Notes: generated by a model not told the origin, from the letters alone. DNA of 64,000 bases from Rebecca billardiae RCC1528 (GCA_965240325.2 OZ251236.1:1488001-1552000), one strand, 5' to 3'. Counted from the first letter of the stretch, positions 23,010-37,190 are shown. A program made the numbers and translations.

Positions 23010-24803
23010 TAATAATAATAATAATATCTTCTGATTGAGTGTCTGAGTGTATGACTCGCGGTCTCAGATGGCAACACGGGAAAACCTGATATGTGGCTGC
23101 TGATGTCGTCGTGGTCGTACTTTCCACGCCTGATGATGATGACAGACAGCCTGACAAGTGACGACAGAGATACAAGTGACGGAAGTCGGATCAGACTGGC
23201 AAGTAGCTGCATAGTGGCGGTCCGATCCTAAGGCCGCACCGCAGGCGCAGCTCAGCCGCGGGCGCGGGCGGGTTCGTGCCGGCTCGTGTCCCGGCGGAGG
23301 TAGCTTATACTGAGTGGCATCAGGCAGCCGCTGCGTTATGCGCCTACAGCTACACGGAGCCTACAGAGTACAGTACTAGTTTGCAGTTACCAGTAACACG
23401 AGTCACAGTGCCTGCATGCCGCCCGCGGTCAGCCGAGTGCACGATGACGATGTCGAATTCGTGCGCCGTTCACCGCGACGAGGTCATGCCATTTCCGGCC
23501 GCTCTGACGCGCAGAGTACATCCACGTTGGCCCTCCGGGTGTATTCTGCCCATTGCACTCGTCGACGGCATCGACCTCGCCGCCTTGAACGGCTCACAAG
23601 TTTGAGAATTGAGATTGGAGCCTCGGGAGTCGGGGCCGCGGGCCGGGACACGCACGCCTGACGCCAGGTCCGCGCGGCGCCGTGTGGGCGCGCGAGCCAA
23701 CAGGCGCAGCGAATCCGGCCTGGCTGCCGTACAGGTGGAGCGCGAGCGCCGAGGCGCAGCCTCAGCGCGCGCAGCGCCGCCGGCGCGGGGCTCCTCGTCC
23801 TGAAGGTTGAGGCACCTGAGTTGCGCGGCGGCGGCTTGCGCCCAGTTTTGACTTGTGACCAAAATCAAGCGCGCCGCGGCCGTACCAAAATGATGACACG
23901 GTACAACTATGATGATGGAGTTGTAAATCCGGAGTCACACGGAGGTAGACCTCGTCCTCAAGAAGATCGCCAAGATGGGGCGGGACACGTGGCGGGCGCG
24001 CTTCAGCGAGTCAGCGCGCCCTCGCGCCCCGCCGTGCCGAGCGCGCTGCTTCGCCTTCAGGCACTGACGTGCGGCGCGAGCTGGGCATGTGCTGCCTGCG
24101 TGGCCAGGCCAAGTAGTGTTCATCGCCCGCGCACGCATGGCTCACGGCATGCGCCGGGGGGGGGGGGGGGGGGGGGGGCTGCAGAAGACGACTACTTACT
24201 ACTTCGAGACGACGGCTGACGATTTGCGTGGCATCGAGATCACCGCGGCGGCGGCGGTGGCGCGCATATCCGGTGGGAAATAAGCGTGGGAAGATTCGCC
24301 CGCCCACGGTTTCCCCTGTACTCATAGAAAACGCGCTCGGCATCGAAACTGTAGATTGGGAAGCTATATACTACCGAAACTGGGTCATACCAGAAACTGA
24401 TTTAACGGGAATATAATAGTATAACGTAGTATCACGACACATACCAAAGCTTGAGATTACAGGTACCGCGCGGGTGGGTACAACACTCAACGACTTAGGG
24501 CGCCCGCTCGACCACGCGCAGCGAATTCATTTTGAGAAACGTTTTTACCGCATCATACGGTAAAGATACTATAGCCATATGGTAACATTCTAATCTGAGC
24601 AGCCTGACGAGGCTCTTATGAGAGGCTCGCCTCGAAGAATCCAGGGTAGGGTGGTAAGTTTCATCGTAGTCTTATCCATCATTATTACTACAATAAAGGG
24701 GGTCACTCGGTGGGCGTCGCTCAGCAGCGGGTTTGTAGTACTTTGCACCAAGCTTCTCTCCCCCTCGGCCTGGGACGGTCACCCCGCCCGGGGGTTTCGC
24801 GAA

Positions 24804-26613
24804 ATGCTCCCCTCGGGGAGGCGGGGAGGCGGCGAAGGCAAGACGCCGGCGACCTCGCGACGCGCCTGGTCGCGCGACGAGGACGCGAGGCTGCGCGCCG
24901 CGGTCGACAAGCATGGCCCACAAAGGTGGTCGCTCATCGCCGAGGCTGTCGGCACGCGGCTCGAGAAGTCATGCCGCGAGCGCTGGCACAACCACCTGCG
25001 CCCAGACGTACAGAAGAGCACGTGGACGCCCGATGAGGACGCGATCATCCTCGCCGGAGTCGCCGAGCTCGGCACGGTGAGCGCGCACGCGCGCATGCGC
25101 CGCCCGCTCCCCACGGGGCCCACCGCTAACGCATTCGCGCCAAACGCGCGGCGACCTGGCCACGCCGCGTCGATGTCGCGCGCAGTCATGGTCGTGCATC
25201 GCCGATCGTCTCCAAGGGCGGTCGGATCACGCCATCAAAAACCGCTACAACTCGATCACGCGCCGCAGGCGCAGCTCGGAGATGAGCCCGCCCGCCTGGC
25301 CGCAGCAGCAGATCACGGGCCCCGCAGCGACAGACGTGACGAGCCCGCACGCAGTGCGGGCTCCGGTCATGGCCGTGCCATGCGTTCCCGCCGCGCCGCG
25401 GGCTCTGGACGAGTACCCCGGGCGCGCGCGTCACCAGCCCATCGTGTTGGCGGCTCCCTGCGCACCGCCCGTCACCACCTGGTCGCAGTGGCAGCAGCCG
25501 CAGCAGCCGCATCTGCAGCAGCCGCCACCACCGCCGCGGCTCGATTCGTCAGAAGCGGCCGGAAGCCGCAGCTACGCCGCCGTCGCCGAGCAGGCGCAGA
25601 CGCAGGCGCAGGTGCTCAGCGCGTTGCAGGCGGTGCAGCTTCTGCAGGCGCAGGCCGGCGCCCAGCGGCAGCAGCAGGCGCCTTCATCCTCACAGCCGCC
25701 CGCAGGACAACAACAACAAGGTCCGTCCACCTCTGCTCGGGCCGACACGCTGAGGCGTGTGGTGTCCACCAACGACGCGAACCAAGGCTCGACAATGGCG
25801 GAGCATGCCATGGTGGCACTGGCGGCGGGTCTGCAGGAGGAAGGCTTCGTGGTCGACAAGACCGCCGCCGAGCTGCCCGTGGCCGACCGGCCAAGCGTCG
25901 CGCAGCAACAGCCGACGTCCCCAAACACGCGCACGTCCGTCGTGGAGCTTGCCAAGCAGCTGGTGCTCGCGTACCACGCGGGCAGCGCTGTCGACTCCGA
26001 GGCTGCTGGGCAGGCGCTTGTCGAGCAGATGCAGCACGTGCTCGCCCCCAAGCCGTGGCGCTCAGGGACCACCACTGCTCAGCAGGCGACCGAGGAGCTC
26101 TCGTCGGCCGCTGGCACTGCCAGCCTCGGCCGCAGCGCCAGCGCGCACGCCCTCCAAGCGGCGTGTGGCCAGCGTGGCAGCTACGGCAGTGGGCTCGCGA
26201 GCATGCACGCGTTCGGGCCGGGCGTGGCACCGAGACAGGCCGCGACGGATCCTGCAGCTGCACAGCTGCACCCGCTCGACACACATCCGCCCTGGGAGGC
26301 GGCGCGGCGAGGCGGCGTCGACCAACGTGCGGACAGGCTGCTGATGGCATCTCTGCAGAGGATGCAGCAGCAGCAGCAGCGGCAGCGGGTGCCTCTGTCA
26401 TCGGCCGCACCGATGCCGCTTCCGGAGCTCGAGAGTGGGGCGACGAGCGGCCCACGTGATTCGGGACACCCAGAGCTCGCGCGTCCTGACCCGCGCAAGC
26501 GTGCGCTCGACGACGGGAATCACCATCTGCTGCTGTTGGCGTCGCAGCGGCACGGCGCAGCTGAATCACCGCGGCACGTCGCGCCTCGTAACGATGCTGG
26601 GCCATCGTGGTGA
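24804..26613 (+). CDS. R2R3-MYB transcription factor, paralogue 1; 2 exons
   Basis: WSRDEDARL...WSLIA...KSCRERWHNHL...WTPDEDAII. GT-AG intron 25077-25185 restores SWSCIADRLQGRSDHAIKNRY in frame with the Gln-rich ORF ending at 26613. Confidence 0.9.
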
Positions 26614-26949
26614 TTGCTCATCAACATCTGTTGGCGTGGGGCACGTGGACGGGCTCGGGGCTGGTGCGAACAGTCCAGCCCGCACCTTTGACCGCGGTCG
26701 CCGTGCTCGCTGAGTTCTCGCTCGCGGACGAGTCACTGTCAGAGTCGCAGCACGCCTGTTACTATATGATATGTGATGAGGCGGCATGCATATATCGTCG
26801 CGCAGTACATATATATATATACAATTATACCGCGCTAACGCGGTATATACCGTAGTAATAATACTCATCGATATATATATAGTATGAGTATATATATATA
26901 TATATCTATATACATATATACGGTGCCCTGTACGCCGATCCGCCTGTCG

Positions 26950-28668
26950 TCATGGGTGCACGAGGCCACCCATCTGTCCGCCGCCGAACGCTACCGGCGA
27001 TGAGCCGTCCAGCTGAGGCTCCGCCGGGCCCACGTCGGCACCAGCCGCGCCACCCGTCCCGGTGGACGGCGAAGCGGCGGGCGTGACCACACCATCCGTC
27101 GGCAAGCCCGCGGCGCGGCGCGCGACGACGCGCGCCGCCAGCTTGCCCGCGAGCACGGCGCCCTCCATCGAGCCGAGGAACTGCTGCGCGCTCCAGTCGC
27201 CTGCGAGGACAAAGTTGCCCACCGGCGTCTCCTGCGAGGGCCTGTGCTTGCCCATGCCGGGCAGCGCGGCGTACACCGAGCGCGGCGTGCGCACGACCGC
27301 CGCCTTGCGCAGCCGCGCGCGGCCCGTCCCGGCTGGCCCTGTGCGCGCGTCCGGTGCAATCTCGTCCGGGAAGAGCCGCGCCAGCTCCTCGAGCGTCGCG
27401 TCCACAATCTGGTCGTCGGAGGCCTTGAGCCACTCGACGGCCGAGCCGGCCTCGGCGGAGCACGGCGCGAAGACGAGCTCGAGCATCGAGCGCTCCGCGT
27501 CCTCGTACTCTGCGCACGAGCGCGACATGTCTGCGTACACCGAGAGCAGCGGTGAGCGCGAGAAGGCGAGGCCGTCGAGCGAGGAGCCCAGCTTGGTGTC
27601 GAACCACAGCTGCAGGTTGATCACCGGGATGCCAGCGAGCGGCGCGATGCCCGCAAAGAAGGGCATCTGGCGCCACGCGCGCGGCATCAGCCGCTTGAAC
27701 ACGTCCACCGGCGCCGCGCTGATGTACACGTCCGCCTGCGCCTCGGTGCCGTCGCCGAGCGCGAGCGCCGCCACCGAGCCGTCCTCGTTCAGCCGGATCC
27801 TACGCACCGGGCAGCCGAGCAGCACTTCGCCGCCGCGCGCCTCGACGTGGCGCACGATCGGCGCGCACAGCCGGTCGGGCTGGTTGCCGTCGAGGAAGGC
27901 CGTCTGCGAGCCGTCCATCTCGTTGATGAACCGGTTCATCGCGGTGAGCACCACCGTCATGCTCAGCTTGTCCGGGTCGATGAAGTCGAGCGCCTTGGCC
28001 ATCGCCACGAAGATCTCCTCAGAGATGCGCTCGGGCATGCCGCGCTGCCGCATGAAGTCGAGGACGGAGAGCTCGTCCTGCGCGTCGATGAAGGGCTGGC
28101 CCTCGAGCAGCATCGGCAGCAGCGCGGGCACCATCGCCAGCTTCTCGCCCCACGTGAGCATCTCGGTGTTGCGCAGGATGGCGAGCGCCATGCCGAACGG
28201 CGCGGGCACGCCGGGCGTGAAGTCAAACGAAGTGAACTGCCCGGGGCGCTCGCGCATGGCGAAGGCCATGCGGTGCGGCTTCCACTGCAGCCGGTCGTGC
28301 AGCTCGAGCTCGGAGAAGAGGCTCATCATGTTCGGGTACGCGCCGAAGAAGATGTGCAGCCCGGTCTCGACCCAGTCGCCGTCTGCGTCCTGCCAGGCCG
28401 ACACCTTGCCGCCCAGCACGCGCCGCGCCTCGTACACGACGGGCGTGTGGCCCGCGTCCGCGAGGTACTTGGCTGCCGCGAGGCCCGAGAGGCCGCCGCC
28501 GATGATGGCGACGCGCTGCGGCTCGGCCCCGGCACGCCTGCCCAGCTCGACGATCTCGCGGCTCATCGCGCTCGCATGCTTGTAGTTGGCCGTCTCAAAT
28601 ATGCCGCCCGGCGTGGGGCGGCGGCTGATGGCGGCGGCGAAGCCGGGGAGCGCCCAAGCGAGGAGCAT
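26950..28668 (-). CDS. PDS: 15-cis-phytoene desaturase
   Basis: IIGGGLSGL, LGGKVSAWQDADGDWVETGLHIFFGAYPN, AFLDGNQPDRLC, FSRSPLLSVYADMS and SMEGAVLAGK. Start placed at signal-like MLLAWALPGFAAA; an upstream ATG at 28743 is also possible. Confidence 0.96.
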   Translation of the reverse strand: MLLAWALPGFAAAISRRPTPGGIFETANYKHASAMSREIVELGRRAGAEPQRVAIIGGGLSGLAAAKYLADAGHTPVVYEARRVLGGKVSAWQDADGDWVETGLHIFFGAYPNMMSLFSELELHDRLQWKPHRMAFAMRERPGQFTSFDFTPGVPAPFGMALAILRNTEMLTWGEKLAMVPALLPMLLEGQPFIDAQDELSVLDFMRQRGMPERISEEIFVAMAKALDFIDPDKLSMTVVLTAMNRFINEMDGSQTAFLDGNQPDRLCAPIVRHVEARGGEVLLGCPVRRIRLNEDGSVAALALGDGTEAQADVYISAAPVDVFKRLMPRAWRQMPFFAGIAPLAGIPVINLQLWFDTKLGSSLDGLAFSRSPLLSVYADMSRSCAEYEDAERSMLELVFAPCSAEAGSAVEWLKASDDQIVDATLEELARLFPDEIAPDARTGPAGTGRARLRKAAVVRTPRSVYAALPGMGKHRPSQETPVGNFVLAGDWSAQQFLGSMEGAVLAGKLAARVVARRAAGLPTDGVVTPAASPSTGTGGAAGADVGPAEPQLDGSSPVAFGGGQMGGLVHP

Positions 28669-29506
28669 AGCGCGCGTGACAGCCGACGGCGGCGACGACC
28701 GCCGGCGGCGGAGTCCCGACGCGCGGAGCGCGAGGCGCACCATGGCACCGAGAATGGCCGTCGTCGACGTCGTCACTAATTTCCCACGTCTTGCTTGGGC
28801 TGGCGCATGAGTGCACCGGATGAATAGATCGTATATGATGGATTACAGCTTGATCTCGTACCTAGTAGTACAGTCGTAGTACTGTACAGTAGTACAGTAT
28901 CGTACGATCACGTACTGTAGCATTGCGCGGCAGCGTCGCAGCTCCAGCTGCAGTCAGTCAGTCAGCCATGTCAAATGATGTAGTCAATCACAGATCTAGG
29001 CATCTAGCAAGCTCATCCGGTCTGGAGAGCCCGCAATCCGCGTCATCTGCTGCCAGCCCACCAAGCCCAGGCGTGCTCAGGCTGCTCAGCCTCCGGCGCA
29101 GTTCCGACAGCGTCGCAGAGCTGAACCGGGGCACGTACGCCGAGCAGGTCTTGAGCACGCCGCCCGGACCGCCGACCGCCTCCACCGACACCGTCGGGCG
29201 CCGAGTCGAGTCAGATGACTGCTCGATGAGGGCAGGCTGGGCCTAAGCCGCAGCCCTGAGCCTGCGGAGACTGGCGCCGATGACGGCGGTACGCCCCTGG
29301 CGACGCTGGCACCGCCGTGCGATGGTGACTGTCCTCGGCCCTCGGCCGCCACGCCGTGAGTGAGCGCCACCACAAGCCTGCAGCCGCCTGCCGCGCACGC
29401 CTGCCGCGCACGCCCTGGCCCCGGCTCAGAGGCCTGCGCGCGCCGCGCGTACCCAGGTCCGAGCCGTGCTGGCGCGCGCCCAGCCGGAGCCGTATGCGGC
29501 AGCCGG

Positions 29507-31414
29507 TCAGGGGTCGTACCGCTGCTTCGTGAGGTCGATGTCGAGGTTGCCTATCAACCCGGCCATCGACATGTGCTGGTAGTGCCCCTCCATGTCCGCC
29601 ATGCTCGACGTGCCGACCAGCACATGGCCGACGTTGTACGGCACGTGCAGCGTCGCGTCCAGGTCGATCCACGCGCCCTCGACCAGCGCCTGCGTCCACA
29701 TGTGCCAGCCGAACTGCGCGTCGATCGCGTCTTCGTCGAGATCGCCGCCGTCCTCGCGCATCACGTGCCCGTCGGGCGTGACCGCCACCGCCGCGCCGTC
29801 GCGCTCGTACTCCTCCTTGAGCCTCTCGACGTACACGAGCCCGTGGCACACGCGCGCCGGGATGGCGCGCGCGCGCAGCAGCGCGGCGAGGAGCACCGCG
29901 TGTTCCGTGCAGTCGCCCGCGCGCGTGCGCGCGACCTCGGAGGCGGAGGCGAAGGCGGTGGTCAGGTCCTTCTGTAGGATGTGGTCGTACACCAGCTCGC
30001 GCAGCGCGAACGCGACGTCGACCGCGCGCGCCTCCTCCTTGGCGGCGCGCCGGCCGCGCTTGCCCTTGCCACCCTCCCGGCCGCCCGGCACCTGTGCCGA
30101 GTGCGCGAGCTTGATGAGGAAGTCGTCGGACGAGTCGACCATCGCGGAGGGCGAGGTGAAGGCCGGGTCGGCGAGCTCCTCCGCCGTCGCCGCCACCGGG
30201 TCCTGCAGGTTCACGCTGACCAGCACCTGCGAGGGCGTGCCCCTGTCGGACGTCTCCTCGACCGTCACGCGCTGGTAGCCCGCGCTCGGCAGCTCGAGTG
30301 TCTGCACCGCGTCCTTGAGCCGCACGCGCAGCCCGACCTCGTAGCACTCGTTCACCGAGCGGATGCGCTCGCGCAGCGGGACGAACATCGCGTACACCAG
30401 CTCGGGCAGCTGCTGGCCCTCCACGTGCACCGCCGCCGCCTCCGCCTCGACCCGGTTCGAGATGGTCGCGCGCAGGTCCCCAAACGGCATCGCCATCCGC
30501 ATCTGCGCGAGCTGCGAGCACCTGTGCTCGCCCGCGTCGGGGTACACCTCGGTCATGTTCACCGGGACGCCGGAGATCGCCACGTCCCACACCTGCGCGG
30601 CCGGCGCGGAGGCGCGCGCGCGGCAAGCGGGCGTCGATCTGGGTCGGGCGCACGCCCGCGGCGCGCGCGCGCGGCGCGCACGCGGGGCGCCCGCACCGCG
30701 CGAGCGAGCGCGCGCGAGCGCGCACGGTGACGGGCGTCTCGACGCCGCGGAGCATGAGGCTCTCCTTTCCCACGAGCATGGTCGTCACGTCCACCACCTT
30801 GGGCCCGAGCTCGGGGCGGACGGTGCGGTAGCGCACGATGTCCTTCCCTGCCAGGCACTCCTGCCTGAAGAAGCGGCGCGACTGCAGCCGCGCGACCCAC
30901 GCGTCCGCCGGCTCGAGCGGCGCGGTGGAGACGTGCTCCTGCTCGCCGTTGAACGAGGTCAGCTCGATCTCGTCCGTGCCGAACTTGCACAGCATCCGGA
31001 TCTGCTGCTTCGCGAACTCCTGCACGTACGACGTCTTGACGGCGCGTGGGCTGCCTGCGCGCGTGCTCTCCGCGTCGCGCTCGATGAAGTCGGTTTGGAA
31101 TTGCTGCGCGGCCACGCGCACGCGCGCGGCGCACGCGCGAGGGATCGCTCAGATGTGATCGCGCGCGCGGCGCGCGGGGTGGTTCGGTGCGCGCGGCGCA
31201 CCATCTCGGAGAGGTCCTCGCCCCGGTGCACGAGCACGTGCATCGCCTCCGTGCTCGTGTACACACCGTCCTTCAGGCTCACCGTCGTGTGCAGCGAGCC
31301 CACGGGCTGGTCAGCGATGCGTACGGTGTACCAGAGGTCCTCGTCCGGCCAGCCCTCCTCGTTCGCCCCCGCGCCGACAATGAGCATGGCGGCGGCGAGG
31401 GCGCGGCGCAGCAT
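29507..31414 (-). CDS. Secreted transglutaminase-like (Transglut_core) protein; 3 exons
   Basis: Signal peptide. GT-AG introns 31104-31201 and 30593-30725 join the frames. Catalytic triad motifs GDCTEHAVLLAALLRA, HMWTQ and WIDLDAT. Confidence 0.88.
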
Positions 31415-32003
31415 GCCGCGGCGAGAGGCGGACCGGCTCGGGCACGTCATGCTGATTTTGCCGGGCGCGAGCCTGAAGATGGAGCGCCAGGGCGCGGATG
31501 AAAATCATCATCGCCAAATCGGAAATCGCGCCAAAATCGGAAATCGCTCAGGCCAGGGAATTCGATTTATTCGTCGTGCGTGCGCAGACGTGACCGTCGC
31601 AGCACTGCGGCAGTGAGCACCGCACTGGCTTCAGTCGAGGCGGGCGCCGACGTGTACTGGTGACTTAGCGGGTGAAGGGCAAAGCCCACTGGCATCGGGC
31701 CCGGTCACGCTGCAGCACGGCAGGCGCGGGCGGGCACGCGGCGCGGGGCGGCGGGGCACGCGGCGCGGGCTCGGGACAAACCGATCGTCCCCGGACGCTG
31801 ACCGATATCCGCTATTGCTTGCGTGCACTCTGACGCCTGCCCGTTGCATCATGCTACTACGACGTTCAATATATCAGGCTCGTCGTACTACTCGTAGCAA
31901 ATCTGCCTACAGATCGGACGATTCTGGTACTATAAAGTCTTAATATATCTATGTGTCTGTTGCACTCTGAGCCTGACGCTTGTCCGATGCTGCCACGTCG
32001 TTA

Positions 32004-33031
<1,028 letters not shown>

Positions 33032-33032
<1 letters not shown>

Positions 33033-33587
33033 ATCTAGCAGCTTGGATTACTTGGAAGACGCAGCTCGAGAGTCGCCAAGCCGCACTAGTGACTAGAGCG
33101 AGGCACGAAGCACCATCGTGCAGAGGGCGCCTCGATTTCGAAGATGCTGGCCTGGAAACAGCTGCAGCGGCCATCAGGACAGTGGGCGCTTCCGAAGGGC
33201 GTTCGCTGCGTGAGCGAGAGGCACGGGGCTGCGTCGGTTGGCTCAGCGCCAGATGAAAACCAGTGCACCAATTGGTCGTCCTGCCCGCCATGCCAACCTT
33301 GCCTATTTGCGCCTAATAAGGCCCAGGAGCAGCACAGCGAGTAAGCAGTTCTGGGCGTCGTGCGCGCGCACGGCACGGCGGCTCGAAAGTAGACTCTCGA
33401 AAGTCCCTCGTGGCACGATCGAAGAGGGTGGCCAAAATGGCAGCAGGACTTGAGCTCGGCCGCCTGGCTCAGGCCGAATGGCAGGCAGGTGTTGATACGG
33501 CGCATTGCGCTCATTCCGTCCTCTGCTTAGACAGCGCAATCAGTTATTGTACGACCAACAATATATATTAATAAATAATAACCCAGC
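33032..33587. mobile_element. Family A-type element (opposite orientation, unrelated interior)
   Basis: Left end CATCTAGCAG abuts (CA)n. Right end is CTGCTTAGACA-GCGC-AATCA-GTTATTGT...ACAATA[AT-rich expansion]AC-CCAG. Confidence 0.55.
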
Positions 33588-34209
33588 GCACATATCGAAT
33601 CTCGGTCCTACTCCCTCAACTCGGCAAGGCCACTAGGCCGCGCACACCGGCCCGGGCGACCACATCCACTACCTGCACTACGGCATCAACTTGAACAGCC
33701 TCGGACGACGACGACGCGGGCAACTACATGATGACCAAGGCCGACGACGACTGCAAAACAGCGGCATCCCCGGGCGCCTACTACCTCAGTGACCGTGTGA
33801 TCAGCATCGGTTACGACGACTCCCTCACCCGCGGCCAACGCGCTCCGACATCCTCCATTAACTCCATTCAGTACTTCGACAGACGAATCAGGAGAGCTGC
33901 GCCCTCGTGCCTGTGTCTTTAAATCATAGAATTGGTCCGCCCCGGGCCCGATCGGCTGGGCCGAGATTAAGCGACACGGAGCCACTACCGTAATAAGACG
34001 CCAGTAAGTCGACGACGACGAGCTGCTTCATATTATTCAGGCACGCGTCGGCGCTGTATCATTAGCCATCTGCTGATCAGCGCGGCAGGCACGGAGCGGA
34101 AGTCGTGGCAGCAGCAGACAATGGGCCGCGCTGCGACGCAGCACACCCCAGCCTGACAGATGATCGTGATGGCGAGGCGCGACGGCCAGGGCACTGCGCC
34201 GTGTTGGTC

Positions 34210-36136
34210 TCAGTACGCCGGCCCAGGCAGCACGCTGTTCGCTTCGTCGAGGGTGCGTTTGCGCGAGTCGCAGAGCCGCCCCCCTTGGTCACCCATCAGC
34301 GAGTTGTCCGGCGGCGCGATTGGAGCATGCGCGCTGCCCGCAGCCCTGCTCATGAGCAGCGAGAGCGGTAACGACGGGCACGATGGCGAAGGCGGGGCGC
34401 AAGGCACTGCAAATGGCTGCTGCTGCGGCGGCGGCGGCGGTGACGGCTGCTGCTGCTGCTGGCTGAGCATCCTCAGTGTTGCCGCCAGGCTGTTTGCGTG
34501 TGGGTCGAAGGTGCCGCCTTGGTGCGCCTGCCACAGCGGCCACGCGTCGTGCGAGCGCAGCGGCGGAGCCGCATGCTCCAACGCGCCAGCCCAAGGCGCC
34601 AAGCCCGGTCCGAAGGTGTGCATGCTCGTGAGTCCACGGCGGCAGCTGCCACGCTGCTCGCGCGCCGCGTGGACAGCAGGCGCGCCGGCGCTGCGGCCCA
34701 GGCTGGCAGCGGCGGTGGCCATCATCAACGAGAGCTCCTGCTCGGGCGCCGGCCGAGGCGTGGTGGTGGTGGTGTCTGACGAGCGCTGTAGCTTGGGGGC
34801 CAGCACGTGCTGCATCTGCTCGATCAGCGCCTGCTCGACTGCCTCAGACTCGGTGGCTGTGCCCGCGTTGGCGAGCAGCAGCTGCCTGGCAAGCTCCGTG
34901 ATGGACGCCCGCGTGTGTGGGGACGTTGGTCGTTGCGTGGGTGGTGGCCAGCCGGCTGCGCCCGCGGGCAGCTCGGCGGCCGCCTCCGCCTGGGAGCGTG
35001 CGTTCAGCCGCTCCACCGCGGCGGCCTGCCAAGCAGGATGCGCCGCTCTGGAGGCTTCGGTCGTGTCGACGGGGAGCACGTGCCCGAGCGCGTTGGCCTC
35101 GGACGAGGGCAGCTGAGCTTGCGCGGGTGACGTGGGCGATGATGACGATGGAGCCAGTCTCAGAGCGCGCGCCCGCTCCTGCAGCGCTCGCGTGTACGTC
35201 TGCACATAGTGCAGCGCCTGCACCTCGCTCATCAGCTGCGCTGGTGCCTCTGCGCGCACCTGTGCCTGCGCCGATGCCTCCGCGGCGGCGGCGGGTCCGC
35301 TGCGGCTCGCGACCGCCGTTGCTGGCGGATCCAGTCGAGGCGGCAGTTGCGGCTGCTGCTGCTGCGGCAGCGGCAGGGGCGGCGGCAGTGGCCGCAGCGC
35401 CGCCGGCTGCCGTCCTCCTTCTGCTGCTGCGGCAGCCGAGCCATGCGCTGCGCTCGGAAGGCACGGCACGGCCGTGATTGGAGCATGCCCGGCGAGTCCG
35501 CTCGGCATGCCAGGCGCCTCGCAGCTCCCGCTGTTGTAGTCACTGCATCGAATGTTGGCCGCGAGCGAGTCTGCTGGCTGCGGCCGCGCGCGGATGGTGG
35601 TTGCTGCAGGCGTGTGGCGTGTGATACACTTGTACCGATTCTTGATGGCGTGGTCCGTCCGCCCTTCGAGACGATTTGCTATGCATGACCACGACTGTGC
35701 GTGATGTCGACCCAGCGTGCGGAGAAGATGGGGCGCGCCCGGGCACGCGATGAGTGAGGTTGTGTGGGTGCGCATACACGGACGGACAGCCCTGACGGGG
35801 CTCTGAGAGCGCCGCAGAAAGTCGGGGGTTGCAAGTGCACGGGCATGGGCGACGCATGCGCGCGTGCGCGCGCACCGTGCCGAGCTCGGCAACTCCGGCG
35901 AGGATGATCGTGTCCTCCTCGGGCGTCCATCCGCTCTTCCGCGTGTCGGGGCGCAGGTGGTTGTGCCAGCGCTCGCGGCACGACTTTTCGGGCCGCGTGC
36001 CGACAGCCTCGGCGATGAGCGCCCATCTCTGCGGGCCGTGCCTGTCGACCGCAGCGCGCAGCCTCGCGTCCTCGTCGCGCGACCAGCTCCGGCGCGGGGC
36101 CAGCGGGGCCCTGCGCACGTGCGAGGATGGGTGCAT
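34210..36136 (-). CDS. R2R3-MYB transcription factor, paralogue 2; 2 exons
   Basis: Same MYB repeats as paralogue 1 and an intron at the same position (35695-35875). Shared downstream blocks QPTSP.TR.S..ELA.QL.LA, QALIEQMQHVLAPK and RKR.LD. Confidence 0.88.
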
Positions 36137-36720
36137 CTTGAGAGGGGGGGCGAACTTGGTTGTGCTGCATCAGTCCAAGATAGCCACCTCACAAGTCATT
36201 GTTTGGGTGTGGGCAAGGGCCCAATTGGCGCGGTAGAATTTTCAGATGATGGAATCTTGTGGAGCGGGGAGCGGCCTGCCGCTGCCGCCACCAGAATCGG
36301 CGGATACAGTTCGGACTTTCGCGAAGCGGTGCATATATATCACGACGACGCAAACCTGAAACCTAGGCCCCAGTACGCTCGCACTCACAATTCGTACGTC
36401 CCTATTATTCGATGTTGCATTCGCGTCGCCTCGGTGTGAAATGTGAATCCAATTTGGCAGGTGTTGCGCCCCCAATTGAGCAGCAAATCACAGTCATTGC
36501 CATGAAATTGCTCAATCGGGGACGCTAATGCTTGTACACTATATTTGAGTGTCAGTCCGGGGTTGTGAAATTTGCGCCGCTTCGGAATCTATCGAAATAT
36601 ACCCACGCAAATTGACGAATTTCGTCCCGCCCGCACTCCTACTGGGAATCCAGATGAAAGTTTCCCAGACTGACTCTGGCAAGGAGCGCGCGACAGAGGC
36701 CACTCCACCGAAATCGAGCC

Positions 36721-36789
36721 CGTCCTGGGCTTCGGCCGCCCACTGGCGTCCTGGGCTTAGCCCAGGACGCGCCGAGCGCGTCCTGGGCT
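36721..36789. repeat. Alternating inverted repeats of (G)CGTCCTGGGCT
   Basis: Direct copies at 36721, 36746 and 36778, and an inverted copy at 36759. Confidence 0.8.
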
Positions 36790-37190
36790 CCGCTCGCCAG
36801 CGGGAGATAGTATTGAGCTCATAGGCGATGCCGCCGCGCCGCGTGCACGCGCTCCGTCTCGCGCTGGCTGCGGCCGGGAGCGCGTGCGGCGAGCCGTCGC
36901 GTGCCGGCGGTCGCGCACCGGCGCTGAGGTATGGTGTGCCCATCCGTGCCCTTGTCTCGTGCCCGCGCGCCCTCCTCCGCCGCTGCGGGGCGCGCGTGTG
37001 GTCGCGCCGCCTCGCTCGCTGGGCTCGCCGAAAGCGCGAGCGCGCAACGAGTCGCCTGTGGCGTGTCGGACCCAGCGCGTGCGCGCCTGGCCTGTGGATT
37101 GTCTACTCTACTTAATCGTGTAAAGTGAATCTGCGCGGCAGGTGCGTGAGCAATAAGAAAATGCCCACAATTCGTAGTTTCCCCTATCTC

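Noticed and set aside
28923-29500. Short ORFs between PDS and the transglutaminase gene
   Set aside because: No ATG-initiated frame with recognisable motifs. A small spliced gene cannot be excluded.
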